Position numbers and translations under genes: made by a program. Shown one piece after another: positions 47,631 to 57,078 of a stretch of DNA of 64,000 bases (the first letter of the stretch is position 1; every line of letters begins with the position of its first letter). The notes under the pieces were generated by a model. The model was given only the letters and a program-made list of their open reading frames with translations. It was not told the DNA's origin and ran no database searches. Where the stretch lies: positions 50,883 to 114,882 of the IMG/VR virus record IMGVR_UViG_3300022700_000278; one strand, 5' to 3'. This stretch comes from a virus.

Positions 47631-48523
47631 TCTTCCCCTCCCGAGTAGCACTCATTCTCAAAAGGACAATAAGAACAATTCCAGTCCCCTAGTGGCTTGC
47701 CCTTCTTATAACTTTTGTATTTTGTATCAGATAGTTCTCCAATAGAATGCAGCCATTCGACATCAGCATCATTGTAGTTCTTTTTAAAATCTCTTTGTGG
47801 CTTTTCTCTTAGCTTAACTGCTTCAACTAATTGTCTCATTCGGCTATATACATCGTCTATTGTATATGGTCGATAGACTTTTTCTGCTGATTCTGTTCCC
47901 CAATATGGTCCTTCAATTTGCTGAAATCCTATTCTGTTCTCGTTATCTGTGAACACTTGAAAGTCTACTCTATGCCCATCTCCGCGTTCTAAATAATAAA
48001 GACGAAAATGATCTAGGCTTTCCTTGAATTCGTTTAAATAAATAGAAGCCTGTAGTAAGTGATCAAGCTTTGGCGTTCCTGCAACAAAGGGACGTTTTGA
48101 TCCGCAAATTTGCCTATTTGCGCCAGCACCATAGAAAGACTTTACTTCTACTCCGATTGGTTTCTTATCCGAATCTTCAAAATTTCTTAAAATTACATCT
48201 ATTTCTCCAGACAGGCCATACTTTTTAACATAAAATTTAATATTGTTGTCTAGCAATATGCCCATACGTTTCCATCGCTCGACACAAGCTTCTTCTGCTG
48301 ATTTTCCAAGTTCTCCTTTCATCTTTAAGTTCGGATCAACTCGTTCTTTAGGGTATCCCATTATGCGATACCATGATTTTCGCAAGCAGCAGCCATCTAC
48401 ACGTCTTCGGCCATCAATTTCGTATTCAACCGAGGTTTCAGACGGCCAGATGCCAGGTCTAGGAATTGAGAAATTTGGCTTTGTTTCAAGATATAGGTTC
48501 TCTTCTAAAACAAGGGACTTCAT
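47627..48523 (-). CDS. Cas4/RecB-like exonuclease
   Basis: CLRKSWY, SGEIDV, VEVKS, QASIY and CSYCPFENEC motifs. Confidence 0.8.
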   Translation of the reverse strand: MKSLVLEENLYLETKPNFSIPRPGIWPSETSVEYEIDGRRRVDGCCLRKSWYRIMGYPKERVDPNLKMKGELGKSAEEACVERWKRMGILLDNNIKFYVKKYGLSGEIDVILRNFEDSDKKPIGVEVKSFYGAGANRQICGSKRPFVAGTPKLDHLLQASIYLNEFKESLDHFRLYYLERGDGHRVDFQVFTDNENRIGFQQIEGPYWGTESAEKVYRPYTIDDVYSRMRQLVEAVKLREKPQRDFKKNYNDADVEWLHSIGELSDTKYKSYKKGKPLGDWNCSYCPFENECYSGGEE

Positions 48524-48999
48524 TCAACTTCTTCTCTTTCTGGGAAACGAATCTTCGATCCCTCTTTTTCGCTTGGAAGAACAACATCTCCTTTGTACTC
48601 TTCTTCCTCTTCCTCTTCCTCTTCTTCTTCTTCTTCTTCCATCACTTCTTTTTGTGCTGTGGCAATTGCTTCTTCGTGCATTCTTTTTTGCTCTTCGTAC
48701 TGTTCTTTTTGTTTCTTTGCATTGCTTTCTTGCAGTTTGTCCCATTCTTCTTCTGACATAATGTCGTTTGTAATTAATACGTCTACAAGAGAAAGGATTG
48801 CATATTGAATAGTATCAATTTGCATTTGGCATCGTTGTAATAGCATCGCTAATTGTCGTGCGTTTTCTTCTTGAATTTCGAAAACTGTATCAACATTTTT
48901 TTGAACAACAGACACTACTTCTCCAATGCCATTCATGCTGTTGTTGCTAGAGGCTTTTTTCAATAGCGCCTGCACGACCTCTTCTGGTGTCTCGTTCAT
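48520..48999 (-). CDS. acidic coiled-coil protein with a poly-Glu tract
   Basis: AAGGAG RBS; run of about 14 Glu encoded by mixed GAA/GAG codons. Confidence 0.7.
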   Translation of the reverse strand: MNETPEEVVQALLKKASSNNSMNGIGEVVSVVQKNVDTVFEIQEENARQLAMLLQRCQMQIDTIQYAILSLVDVLITNDIMSEEEWDKLQESNAKKQKEQYEEQKRMHEEAIATAQKEVMEEEEEEEEEEEEEEYKGDVVLPSEKEGSKIRFPEREEVE

Positions 49000-49011
49000 T
49001 GCTTTCTCCTT

Positions 49012-49971
49012 TTAGTACATATGCCGTTCGGCATTTTTGTTAGCTAGTGTTTGTCTTCCACGGGACCAGCGGCCACATCTTCTACATTGGAATCTTTGGT
49101 AGATGTGTACCTTTGTACAGCGGAAGCCTCTTTTCGTTACGTCTGTGCTTTCGCAAGACGGACAGCGATATTTTATTTCTCCACTAAGTAAATTCCAGTT
49201 TGGCAAGTTTTTGGTAATCGGAAGTAATTTTTGTGTAACAGCATATTGCGTTTTTACATCCTGCTTACAATAATCTGTCATCATCTTCAGTGCTTCTAGA
49301 TCATGTGCCTTTGATCGTCGCCAAATATGCAAAGGCAAGGAGCCTTTCCTTTCTTTGCAATCTAGTGCTTTAGCTAGTGTTTCTAGCTTATTGCTATGCA
49401 GTCTTAGTTGATACTTAGCGATTTTCCAGGTATCAATATGAATGGTATCTGGAATTGGTGGAAGACCATGGAAAAGACAACGTGTTTGAATGAATCGATG
49501 ATCAAAGCCAGTAGAATAATGTCCAACTAGCACATCTGCTTCAGAGATAATGTTTGATATCGCTTCGACAAGAGGTTTGTCTCTTTTTTCAATTGGAGGC
49601 TTGTCCCAATTTGGGAAGTCGTATATTGAAAGTAGATGAACAGTAGGATCGTCGTGCCACCTGTATCCCATCATCAAGACTTCTCCAAATGCAGCAGAGA
49701 GGTCTGTTGTCTCGATATCAAAATATAAAATTTTTGGTCGTTCTTCAATGACGAAGTTATCTTCCCAGGCCAAAGCAAATTCTTCTTCGTCGTTTAGCGG
49801 AGTGGTAGCTTTTTCTTCTTCTTCAAGGATTCTTGCAATTCTGCCCCTAACAGAATGGGGAGATCGAAAAAATCCATTTTTTCTTAAAACAGATGACATT
49901 TCTGCACTAGAAACAGTTCCTAGTAGCTTCAAGATGATGTCATCTTCTTCTTTTGTCCAAAAGACATTCAT
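49012..49971 (-). CDS. RNase H-like/DnaQ 3'-5' exonuclease with an N-terminal HTH and C-terminal Zn ribbon
   Basis: WTKEED, YFDIET, GHY..GFD, IDT, YCKQDV and CPSC..CRRC motifs. The start is an ATGA overlap with the dnaE stop. Confidence 0.8.
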   Translation of the reverse strand: MNVFWTKEEDDIILKLLGTVSSAEMSSVLRKNGFFRSPHSVRGRIARILEEEEKATTPLNDEEEFALAWEDNFVIEERPKILYFDIETTDLSAAFGEVLMMGYRWHDDPTVHLLSIYDFPNWDKPPIEKRDKPLVEAISNIISEADVLVGHYSTGFDHRFIQTRCLFHGLPPIPDTIHIDTWKIAKYQLRLHSNKLETLAKALDCKERKGSLPLHIWRRSKAHDLEALKMMTDYCKQDVKTQYAVTQKLLPITKNLPNWNLLSGEIKYRCPSCESTDVTKRGFRCTKVHIYQRFQCRRCGRWSRGRQTLANKNAERHMY

Positions 49972-52900
49972 ACTTTTTCTCCAAGGTTTTTCAGGATCGC
50001 TATGGCGCGTTGCCAAGCATCAGTAGATGTTTTTTTTGAGACCCTGAATGTAATTGTTGAACCATCCTGTAACCCAAAAGATAAATCCTTTGGTTCTGGT
50101 GGCATTGGTATACCCTCTCCTGCTTCTTTAAAGTCTTGAAAGATTAATTGTATTTGTGATTCGTCTCGTCGATCTGCTTTGGCCTTGCAGGTTATAATGC
50201 CAACCTGTCCTTCTTTAAGTTGGTCTTTGTGCTTGTTCCACACAGAAGGAAATACCGTAGCTTCTGCTCTGGTAGTTTTGTCTTCTATCTGAAGTATGGC
50301 CATATTTTTCCCTTTTTTAGTCCTTTTTTTAGACATAACGCTAATTACTACGGGAAACTTGGGTGAAGATGTTTTTGGCCTTTCTTCTAGTGCTTCTTCT
50401 AGCGTGTTTGGCGCAATTCTGTATAGCCCAGGGTAAGAGTCTAGGGGGTGCCCTGTCAAGTAAAATCCTAAGGTTTCTCGCTCTAGGTCAAGACGCTCTT
50501 GTCTAGTTAGTGGCTTGGTGTCTGGTACTGGCGGCTCTTCTGGAGGATCTGGCAGAGCTTGAAGACGACGAGGAGGAGCTTTCCCTTGTTGAATAGCTTC
50601 TTCTCTTTCTTTATTTCTTCTTTCAAATTTTTCTTTTCTTTCTGTCCAACGACGCAGCTTCTTGTGATAAGCAATTAGTTCGCTTGCCCATTCAACAATT
50701 ACAGTTCTGCCATGTTCCGTTATGCTCTCGAGAGCACCAGACATTGCCAAGGGTCTAATATCTTTTGCAGAAGCTCCTGCTTTTATCAAGGCACCTAAGC
50801 TGGGAAATCCTTTTTCAGGTCTGTTTCCTAAAATTCTTTCACAAGCCTTTGCTCCTATTCCTTTAATTCCTCCTAGACCAAAAACAATTGTTCCATTGTC
50901 AATGGAAAACAATGCCTGTGATCGGTTTACATCTGGAGGCTCTACTGGTATGCCATCATCTTTACAAGCATATATATATTTAACCAATTGAGGCTGTTCC
51001 TTGATTGTATTGTTAAGCAAAGAACAATAGAATTCTTGTGGATAATAATGTTTTAGCCAAGCGGTGCGGTATGATATTTCGCTATATGCGACACTGTGTG
51101 CTTTGTTGAATCCATACTGACCAAATCCTTTAATTGCCTCAAACAATTCTGTTGCTACTGATTTTGGCATATTGTTTTTTGTACAGCCAAGAATAAATTT
51201 TTCTTGTTCTTTCTCAATTTTTTCGGTAATTTTTTTCCCGATTGCTTTTCTAACAGAATCAGCATCGTGTTCGTTGTATCCAGCAATATCTGTGCATATA
51301 CGCATAATGCTTTCTTGAAAAACAAGAACCCCAAAGGTGCTTTTTAGAATTGGCTCGAGCATTGGATGTAAATATTCAAACGGCTTTCCTCGACGCCGAT
51401 TTACATATTCGTTTGTTAATCCTGTACCTAGGGGGCCTGGTCGATATAATGCTGTAATAATAGAAAGATCTTCAATTGATCTGGGTTTAATTTTCATACA
51501 TAAGTCTTTAAACCCTGTTGATGTTTCAAATTGGAAGATACCTTCTAGCCTTCCTCTGTGAAAAATTTCTTCATATACTTCTTGATCTTTTCTATCTATT
51601 TTACTTATGTCTATTTCTTTTTTCTGTATCTCTCTTATATGATTTATCGTATCTTGTATTACGTCTAAGTTTACCAGTCCAAGTAGGTCATATTTTACCA
51701 GTCCAATTTCTTCGACATCATGCATGTCGAATTGAGTGGCAACCTCATCTCCTCTTCCTCTGAACAGAGGAACTTGTGCTTTCAACTCTTGATTAGAAAT
51801 TACAACGCCAGCAGCATGTACACCAGCCTTGGTGTTTAAACCTTCTGCTTCCTGTGCTAGTTTTACTACTTCTGGCCACTGTGTTTTCTTTAATTTAGGC
51901 TCTGCTTCTAGTGCCTCTTCGAAGGTAAGTGATTTACCAGCAACATCTGGTGGAATCAAACTAGCAAGCTTATCGCCAACAGCAGGCTCGTAACCACAAA
52001 CTCTTGCAAAGTCTCTTAAAGATCCCCTTGGTTTCATTTGCATATATGTACCAATCTGAGCCATTTTATCTTGGCCATATTTATTGGACAAATATGCCAT
52101 TACATCTTTTCTTCCGCGAGGGCTGATGTCTACATCAATATCAGGCATAGACACACGATGTTTGTTTAGGAACCTGCTAAAAAACAATCCATATTTGATA
52201 GGATCAACCTCTGTGATTCCAAGACAGTAAGAGATCAGGCTTCCAGAGGCACTTCCTCGTCCAGGTCCAACAGAAACATTATTCTTTTTTGCCCATGCAA
52301 CAAAATCCGACACCACCAAGAAATATGTAGGGAAACCCATTTCTTTGATGGTTTCGAATTCCAGGTTAAATCTTTTCTCGTATTCTGATTTTTCAGATAG
52401 GCCAAGCCTTTTCATTCCTTCCCATGCTTGAATTTTTAGCTGATTTTCTGGCTTCTTTTCACCTGGAAGGTTGTATGCTGGCCAAATATATTCTCCGTGT
52501 TGCCAATCAACATTACATTTTTCTGCAACTTCAACAGTTCTTTCTATTGCATGCCATTCTTCTTTCTTAAAACGTTTTCTCATTTCGTCTCGAGACTTAA
52601 AATGCATTTCTGTAGTTCCAAATTCTAAGTCTCCGGCTGACAGCTTGCATATTTTTTGATGCAGAGGAGCGCTTTCTTCTTTAATAAAATGAGAATCCTG
52701 TGTTGCTACAACAGGAATGTCTGTTTTTTCTGATAGTTGAAATATTTGTGCTTTTAATGGAAGTTGCCAGTCCATTCCATGATTTTGTGCTTCTAAATAA
52801 AAATCTTTTTCGAAAAGTGCTTTCATCTTTAGTGCATATTCGATAGCTTCGTCTGTTTTTCCCTCTAATATTCTGTTAGATATTCTGCCTGATGCACAGC

Positions 52901-53312
52901 CAGATAAGACAAGAATTCCTTCTTTGTATTTTTCTAGAAGAGTGTCGCTTATTCTAGGTTTATAATAAAACCCTTCTAGCCACCCAAGAGAACACAGTCT
53001 AAATAGATTCTGTAGTCCTTTCTCGTTTTTTGCAAGAAGGGTTAAGTGATAAGAGGTGTTGTGTCCTTCTATCTTCTCTCTTAAGGTATGCGATTCTGGA
53101 GCACAATAAAATTCGCAGCCATAAATAGGCTTCACATCATTTTCTTCACATGCTTTCTTGAATTTTAGCAGTCCTCCACAACGACCGTGGTCTGTTAGAG
53201 CAACACTATTCATGCCAAGCTTTTTCGCTTGCTTGGCAATTTGTTTTACCGTACAGGCTCCGTCTTGAGGAGAATAATCTGAATGAGTATGTAGCGAAAT
53301 ATATCCGCTCAT
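49968..53312 (-). CDS. dnaE: DNA polymerase III alpha subunit
   Basis: PHP motif HTHSDYS..TDHG, GPGRGSASGS, MPDIDVD, HAAGV, KYDLLGL, FNKAHS and an OB fold. Confidence 0.95.
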   Translation of the reverse strand: MSGYISLHTHSDYSPQDGACTVKQIAKQAKKLGMNSVALTDHGRCGGLLKFKKACEENDVKPIYGCEFYCAPESHTLREKIEGHNTSYHLTLLAKNEKGLQNLFRLCSLGWLEGFYYKPRISDTLLEKYKEGILVLSGCASGRISNRILEGKTDEAIEYALKMKALFEKDFYLEAQNHGMDWQLPLKAQIFQLSEKTDIPVVATQDSHFIKEESAPLHQKICKLSAGDLEFGTTEMHFKSRDEMRKRFKKEEWHAIERTVEVAEKCNVDWQHGEYIWPAYNLPGEKKPENQLKIQAWEGMKRLGLSEKSEYEKRFNLEFETIKEMGFPTYFLVVSDFVAWAKKNNVSVGPGRGSASGSLISYCLGITEVDPIKYGLFFSRFLNKHRVSMPDIDVDISPRGRKDVMAYLSNKYGQDKMAQIGTYMQMKPRGSLRDFARVCGYEPAVGDKLASLIPPDVAGKSLTFEEALEAEPKLKKTQWPEVVKLAQEAEGLNTKAGVHAAGVVISNQELKAQVPLFRGRGDEVATQFDMHDVEEIGLVKYDLLGLVNLDVIQDTINHIREIQKKEIDISKIDRKDQEVYEEIFHRGRLEGIFQFETSTGFKDLCMKIKPRSIEDLSIITALYRPGPLGTGLTNEYVNRRRGKPFEYLHPMLEPILKSTFGVLVFQESIMRICTDIAGYNEHDADSVRKAIGKKITEKIEKEQEKFILGCTKNNMPKSVATELFEAIKGFGQYGFNKAHSVAYSEISYRTAWLKHYYPQEFYCSLLNNTIKEQPQLVKYIYACKDDGIPVEPPDVNRSQALFSIDNGTIVFGLGGIKGIGAKACERILGNRPEKGFPSLGALIKAGASAKDIRPLAMSGALESITEHGRTVIVEWASELIAYHKKLRRWTERKEKFERRNKEREEAIQQGKAPPRRLQALPDPPEEPPVPDTKPLTRQERLDLERETLGFYLTGHPLDSYPGLYRIAPNTLEEALEERPKTSSPKFPVVISVMSKKRTKKGKNMAILQIEDKTTRAEATVFPSVWNKHKDQLKEGQVGIITCKAKADRRDESQIQLIFQDFKEAGEGIPMPPEPKDLSFGLQDGSTITFRVSKKTSTDAWQRAIAILKNLGEKV

Positions 53313-53315
53313 AAG

Positions 53316-53522
53316 CTACTGCTTTCTATGAAACGTCTTGGTAAAAGGCTCTTTGTTTGGGCATGTTATTTTAATAATAATAGTGCTTCGTGAACTGTCT
53401 TGCTCTGTTACTTTACATTTAGGATATTCTGCTTCTACTCTACGCTGAGCAACAGAGGTGCAGCATACAAATATTACAATCGTAGCCAGAAAAAGCAGTG
53501 TTTTTATACTTCTAAAACCCAT
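53316..53522 (-). CDS. small secreted or lipoprotein-like protein
   Basis: Basic N-terminus, hydrophobic stretch, then CC. Confidence 0.5.
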   Translation of the reverse strand: MGFRSIKTLLFLATIVIFVCCTSVAQRRVEAEYPKCKVTEQDSSRSTIIIKITCPNKEPFTKTFHRKQ

Positions 53523-54109
53523 TGTCTTGTTTCCTTAATTAATGGAAAACCAATATGGTCTGCAAATCCATATTTTATTGCTTCTTTTGCATTTAGGTAA
53601 AGTTCTCCATTTGAATCTTTTAGCAAGTTGTTAAATTGTTTCTGTGTCAAGTTGGACTTTTTTATTACTCTTTTTATCCACTCTTCATTCATTCTAGAAA
53701 CTGTATTTAAGTAACGCTTCATATCTTCGCTGTCCATAGATATTGCTGTAACCTGAACATTATGAAACATCAATCTAGAAGCAGGAGCCATCCATCTTTC
53801 TTCTCCTAAAGAAAATAGTATTGCTCCTGCAGATAACGACTTCCCAGCATTAACTGTTACTACAGGTTTAGTAGAGCATTCAATTATTTCTGCCATACTA
53901 AATAAAGCGTCAAGATCTCCTCCGTTGGAGTCAACATATACAACAATTTTTTCAATCTTATCGTCGCTTAGATAACAAGAAAAATCATAAAAGAATTCTT
54001 TTGCTGTATCTTCATCAAAGTTATTAACCCAAATTACAGGTAGTTCGTTTTCGTCTTGCATAGCGAGAGGCACAGAAGCTTCTCCTATGACAGCAGAGTG
54101 TTTCGTCAT
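53504..54109 (-). CDS. ClpP-like protease subunit
   Basis: VDSNGG, SLSAGA (Ser), LMFH (His) and AKEAIKYGFADHI. Confidence 0.85.
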   Translation of the reverse strand: MTKHSAVIGEASVPLAMQDENELPVIWVNNFDEDTAKEFFYDFSCYLSDDKIEKIVVYVDSNGGDLDALFSMAEIIECSTKPVVTVNAGKSLSAGAILFSLGEERWMAPASRLMFHNVQVTAISMDSEDMKRYLNTVSRMNEEWIKRVIKKSNLTQKQFNNLLKDSNGELYLNAKEAIKYGFADHIGFPLIKETRQWVLEV

Positions 54110-54705
54110 TAAACAGCCTCACATTCCCAGACTTCAGATCTACTTATTTTCGGCACTCCAATATGATCTATAAAACCATATTCTTTTGCTTTCTCTGCTC
54201 CAAAAAACCATTCTCCTTCGTGTTCTTTTATTTTTAATATAATTTCTTTTGTCGACAACTGTGCTTTTTTGGCAATCAGAGAAAAAATTCTATTATTTCG
54301 TTCTTCTAAAGCATCTAATTCTCTTTTCAATGTTTTTGTATTGCCGGTGATATCGCTTGATGCGTGATGTATTTGCATCATACAATTTCTACTCATCCAT
54401 CTTGTGCCACTTGGACCAAGTGCTAAAAAATATGCTGCAGCAGAACAAACTAAGCCAAGTCCTACTATATGTATTTCTTTTGATGAATTATTTATTGTGT
54501 CTACCATAGCTAACAAAGGATCAACTTCTCCTCCATATGAAAAAACATTGATGAATATGGAGGTCAGGTTTTGATCTGCTTCTAGCTCTTGCATTCTTTT
54601 AATGAAAACGTCTGCCGCCTCAAAGGTGAAGTCACATATGTTTATTATTGGAGCTTCATCTTTCTCCACTTCTAGTGGAACGCGCTTGAATTCCCATGTG
54701 TCCAT
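54109..54705 (-). CDS. ClpP-like protease subunit
   Basis: FSYGG, VCSAAA (Ser), MQIH (His) and AEKAKEYGFIDHI. Confidence 0.85.
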   Translation of the reverse strand: MDTWEFKRVPLEVEKDEAPIINICDFTFEAADVFIKRMQELEADQNLTSIFINVFSYGGEVDPLLAMVDTINNSSKEIHIVGLGLVCSAAAYFLALGPSGTRWMSRNCMMQIHHASSDITGNTKTLKRELDALEERNNRIFSLIAKKAQLSTKEIILKIKEHEGEWFFGAEKAKEYGFIDHIGVPKISRSEVWECEAV

Positions 54706-54714
54706 GTTGGCTTC

Positions 54715-55278
54715 CTATCCCGACAAAATCTTTTTTACTATGTTTGTAGTGCTAGTTTCTGTTCCTTCTAATAAGTGAATTTCTGTCTTTGTTGTTTTTG
54801 CAGCTTTGGTTTCTTCACGATTAAAAGAAGATGCTGTATATTTTCCTTTTGCGAAATAGCTTGGACGCAACTCTATAATGTTTGATACATTTGTTGGTTC
54901 ATCAAACATGAAGACATAATCTACGGCTTCTAAAGCAGCAACAAGGAACATTCTTTCTTGCTCAGGAACAATTGGGCGATCGACAATCTTGTGTGGCTTA
55001 TATTTTTTTACTGATGCGTCAGAATTTATTCCCACTACCAAAGGAGCATTTTTGTTTATAGTAGCAATTTCTTCTAAAAAACTACTGTGCCCTACATGTA
55101 GGATGTCAAATGCACCCGAAGTAAAAACTATATCTGCTGTTTGATCTTTGGGGATGCTTCTGTTAATTGTCTTTGCCAGTATTTTCCGTGTCGTAATTTT
55201 CTCCGAGGCCCGTTGTCGAGAAAAGAAGCCCTCCGGACTTTTCTTCTTGATCCAGGTTTCTTTGAGGTTTTGACGCAT
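54715..55278 (-). CDS. HldE/RfaE domain II-like heptose-1-phosphate nucleotidyltransferase
   Basis: GAFDILHVGH, GINSDASVK, RPIV..ER..LEAVDYV..FDE and STTNIVKKI motifs. Confidence 0.8.
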   Translation of the reverse strand: MRQNLKETWIKKKSPEGFFSRQRASEKITTRKILAKTINRSIPKDQTADIVFTSGAFDILHVGHSSFLEEIATINKNAPLVVGINSDASVKKYKPHKIVDRPIVPEQERMFLVAALEAVDYVFMFDEPTNVSNIIELRPSYFAKGKYTASSFNREETKAAKTTKTEIHLLEGTETSTTNIVKKILSG

Positions 55279-55918
55279 CTTTAAGCTCCTTTACATCATA
55301 AAAGACAGGATGTCTTTCTTCGGGCGTAGCTGAAACTTCTCCTCGAGACTTTCTATATTCTGCTACTGTTCCAATAAAAGGAACAGAAATTACTTTCTTT
55401 TCGTTTTCTTGTGCAATAGGAGCATATTTCCAAACCGGCCTTACAACAGTGCCGAGTTCTGCCAAAAAAGTCATTTCTCTATCTGGTGGCAAATCTATTT
55501 CGTCGCCAAATACTGCGAGAGCACTTGGAAATGGAGCAACATCTTTCTCTCCTACAAATTTAATTCTTCCTTTAATAAAAGTAATATATTTTGCGTGGTT
55601 CCATATTTCCTGGAACCATCTTGTTTCTGTTCTTGCAGCAACCAAGACAACAACGGAGCAGCCGTTATGAGCGGATTCAACTGCCTTGTGAATCCACTTC
55701 TTAGTTTCTCTTCCATAAGGAGGGTTCATCCAGCAGCAGCCGGTCCAGTCTTTTGTAAGACCGTCTGTTTCTTCTGAAAAGAATTCGTCACATTTTGTGT
55801 TGTCTATATTGGCACACACATCTTTTTGAAAACAAAAGATATCGTCTAGCCTTTTAAAAAGCCATTCTGGTGTTTCTTTACACAGGTCGCTAGATTTAAA
55901 ATGAACATTTTTTGTCAT
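55163..55918 (-). CDS. phage N6-adenine DNA methyltransferase (Dam-like family)
   Basis: ETPEWLF, DVCA, DGL..DW, WMNPPYG, ARTETRWF and GRIKF motifs. Confidence 0.85.
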   Translation of the reverse strand: MTKNVHFKSSDLCKETPEWLFKRLDDIFCFQKDVCANIDNTKCDEFFSEETDGLTKDWTGCCWMNPPYGRETKKWIHKAVESAHNGCSVVVLVAARTETRWFQEIWNHAKYITFIKGRIKFVGEKDVAPFPSALAVFGDEIDLPPDREMTFLAELGTVVRPVWKYAPIAQENEKKVISVPFIGTVAEYRKSRGEVSATPEERHPVFYDVKELKDASKPQRNLDQEEKSGGLLFSTTGLGENYDTENTGKDN

Positions 55919-55922
55919 TGCA

Positions 55923-56297
55923 CTATTCCATTAAAAAGCTTTTATAAAGAAGGTGTCTAAGAGAGGCAAAAATTTGCCAATCTTTTTCTGGAAGAGAAGC
56001 CCAGCCAACTCCACGGTTGTCCGAAAAGTCTCTCCAAAGACAAAAAGCATCCCATAAGCCAATCGAAGAATACCCCTCTTCTACAAAAGCTTTTTTGATT
56101 CTTTGACAATCCTTTAAATATTTTTCTTTTTTTAAGTCAAATGGAAGATTGTTGTCATTGTCAAAGAAAGAGTTTTTTTCTAATCCTAGGATTTTCCAAA
56201 CTTCATCTACTATTTCTGTTACAGAAAGATCCTTGTCTTGTTTTTTCTTTTCTAAAGAAGTTTTTAGCTTACGTTTTAAAATAGACGTTGTCAACAT
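55923..56297 (-). CDS. hypothetical protein
   Basis: GGAG RBS; co-oriented ORF. Confidence 0.65.
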   Translation of the reverse strand: MLTTSILKRKLKTSLEKKKQDKDLSVTEIVDEVWKILGLEKNSFFDNDNNLPFDLKKEKYLKDCQRIKKAFVEEGYSSIGLWDAFCLWRDFSDNRGVGWASLPEKDWQIFASLRHLLYKSFLME

Positions 56298-56307
56298 GTT
56301 TTCTCCG

Positions 56308-57024
56308 TTAACAAGTTAAAGGAGTATATTCTTTTAGTTTATTTTCAAGAACTTTTCTATATTGAAGATACAAAAGAGACCACTCTTCTAGTTCATCTGC
56401 TACCTTTTCTAGTTCGCCGATCGTTTTCCACTCTAGGCTCGACAACTCTTCTTCTTGCAAAGAAACTTCTTCTCGATTCTTAAGAGAAACTTGCATAATC
56501 AGTCCGAGATGAACCCTTCCTACTTTTGTTGTTCCATCGTAGACAAGTGGTCCATTTAAACATAGCCAGGGACGAGAAATAGACTTCAAATTAAGTTCTT
56601 CTGTCAGTTCTCTTGTCATTCCATGCATCAAGACATCTGTTATGCGTGTCTTAGTCGAAAGCGGTTCTGAAAATGACTTTATAAGATCTGTTGTGTTTAC
56701 ATGTCCCCCGATGCCGATAGATAATTTTTCGTGTAAACGACTCTCTCCTCCACTTTTTGTTCTCCTATATAACAAAAATTGATTATCAGAAGTAACAATA
56801 GCATATGGGATTATCTGGAGAAGTTCTTCGTTATTTTCTGCTTCTTCTCGATCTACAAAGAAAGCAGTTTTGATTAAATCTTCTTGAGAATAAAATGGAA
56901 CAATTCCTGACCATTTGTCATTATGAAAAATCCTGCAAAGATCATCATAACTTTGTCTTGGTAGCTTATATGTACCTTGAGATAAAATGTTAGATCTATT
57001 TATAACAAATACTTTTTCTGACAT
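56308..57024 (-). CDS. NUDIX-family phosphoesterase (YmaB-like)
   Basis: QIIPY, ESRLHEKLSIGIGGHVN, RELTEEL and VGRVHLG motifs. Confidence 0.85.
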   Translation of the reverse strand: MSEKVFVINRSNILSQGTYKLPRQSYDDLCRIFHNDKWSGIVPFYSQEDLIKTAFFVDREEAENNEELLQIIPYAIVTSDNQFLLYRRTKSGGESRLHEKLSIGIGGHVNTTDLIKSFSEPLSTKTRITDVLMHGMTRELTEELNLKSISRPWLCLNGPLVYDGTTKVGRVHLGLIMQVSLKNREEVSLQEEELSSLEWKTIGELEKVADELEEWSLLYLQYRKVLENKLKEYTPLTC

Positions 57025-57049
57025 TGTTTACTCCAGACTAGTAGGAGAT

Positions 57050-57078
57050 TTTATAATATTTTTATAGTTTTAGTTCAA
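57050..57078 (-). promoter_or_regulatory. sigma70-type promoter upstream of the NUDIX gene
   Basis: On the minus strand, TTGAAC-N17-TATAAA with upstream A-tracts, in an 85-bp AT-rich gap. Confidence 0.55.

Noticed and set aside
43521-48523. CRISPR-Cas locus suggested by Cas4-like genes
   Set aside because: There is no cas1/cas2, effector or array, and stand-alone Cas4-like nucleases are common in phages.
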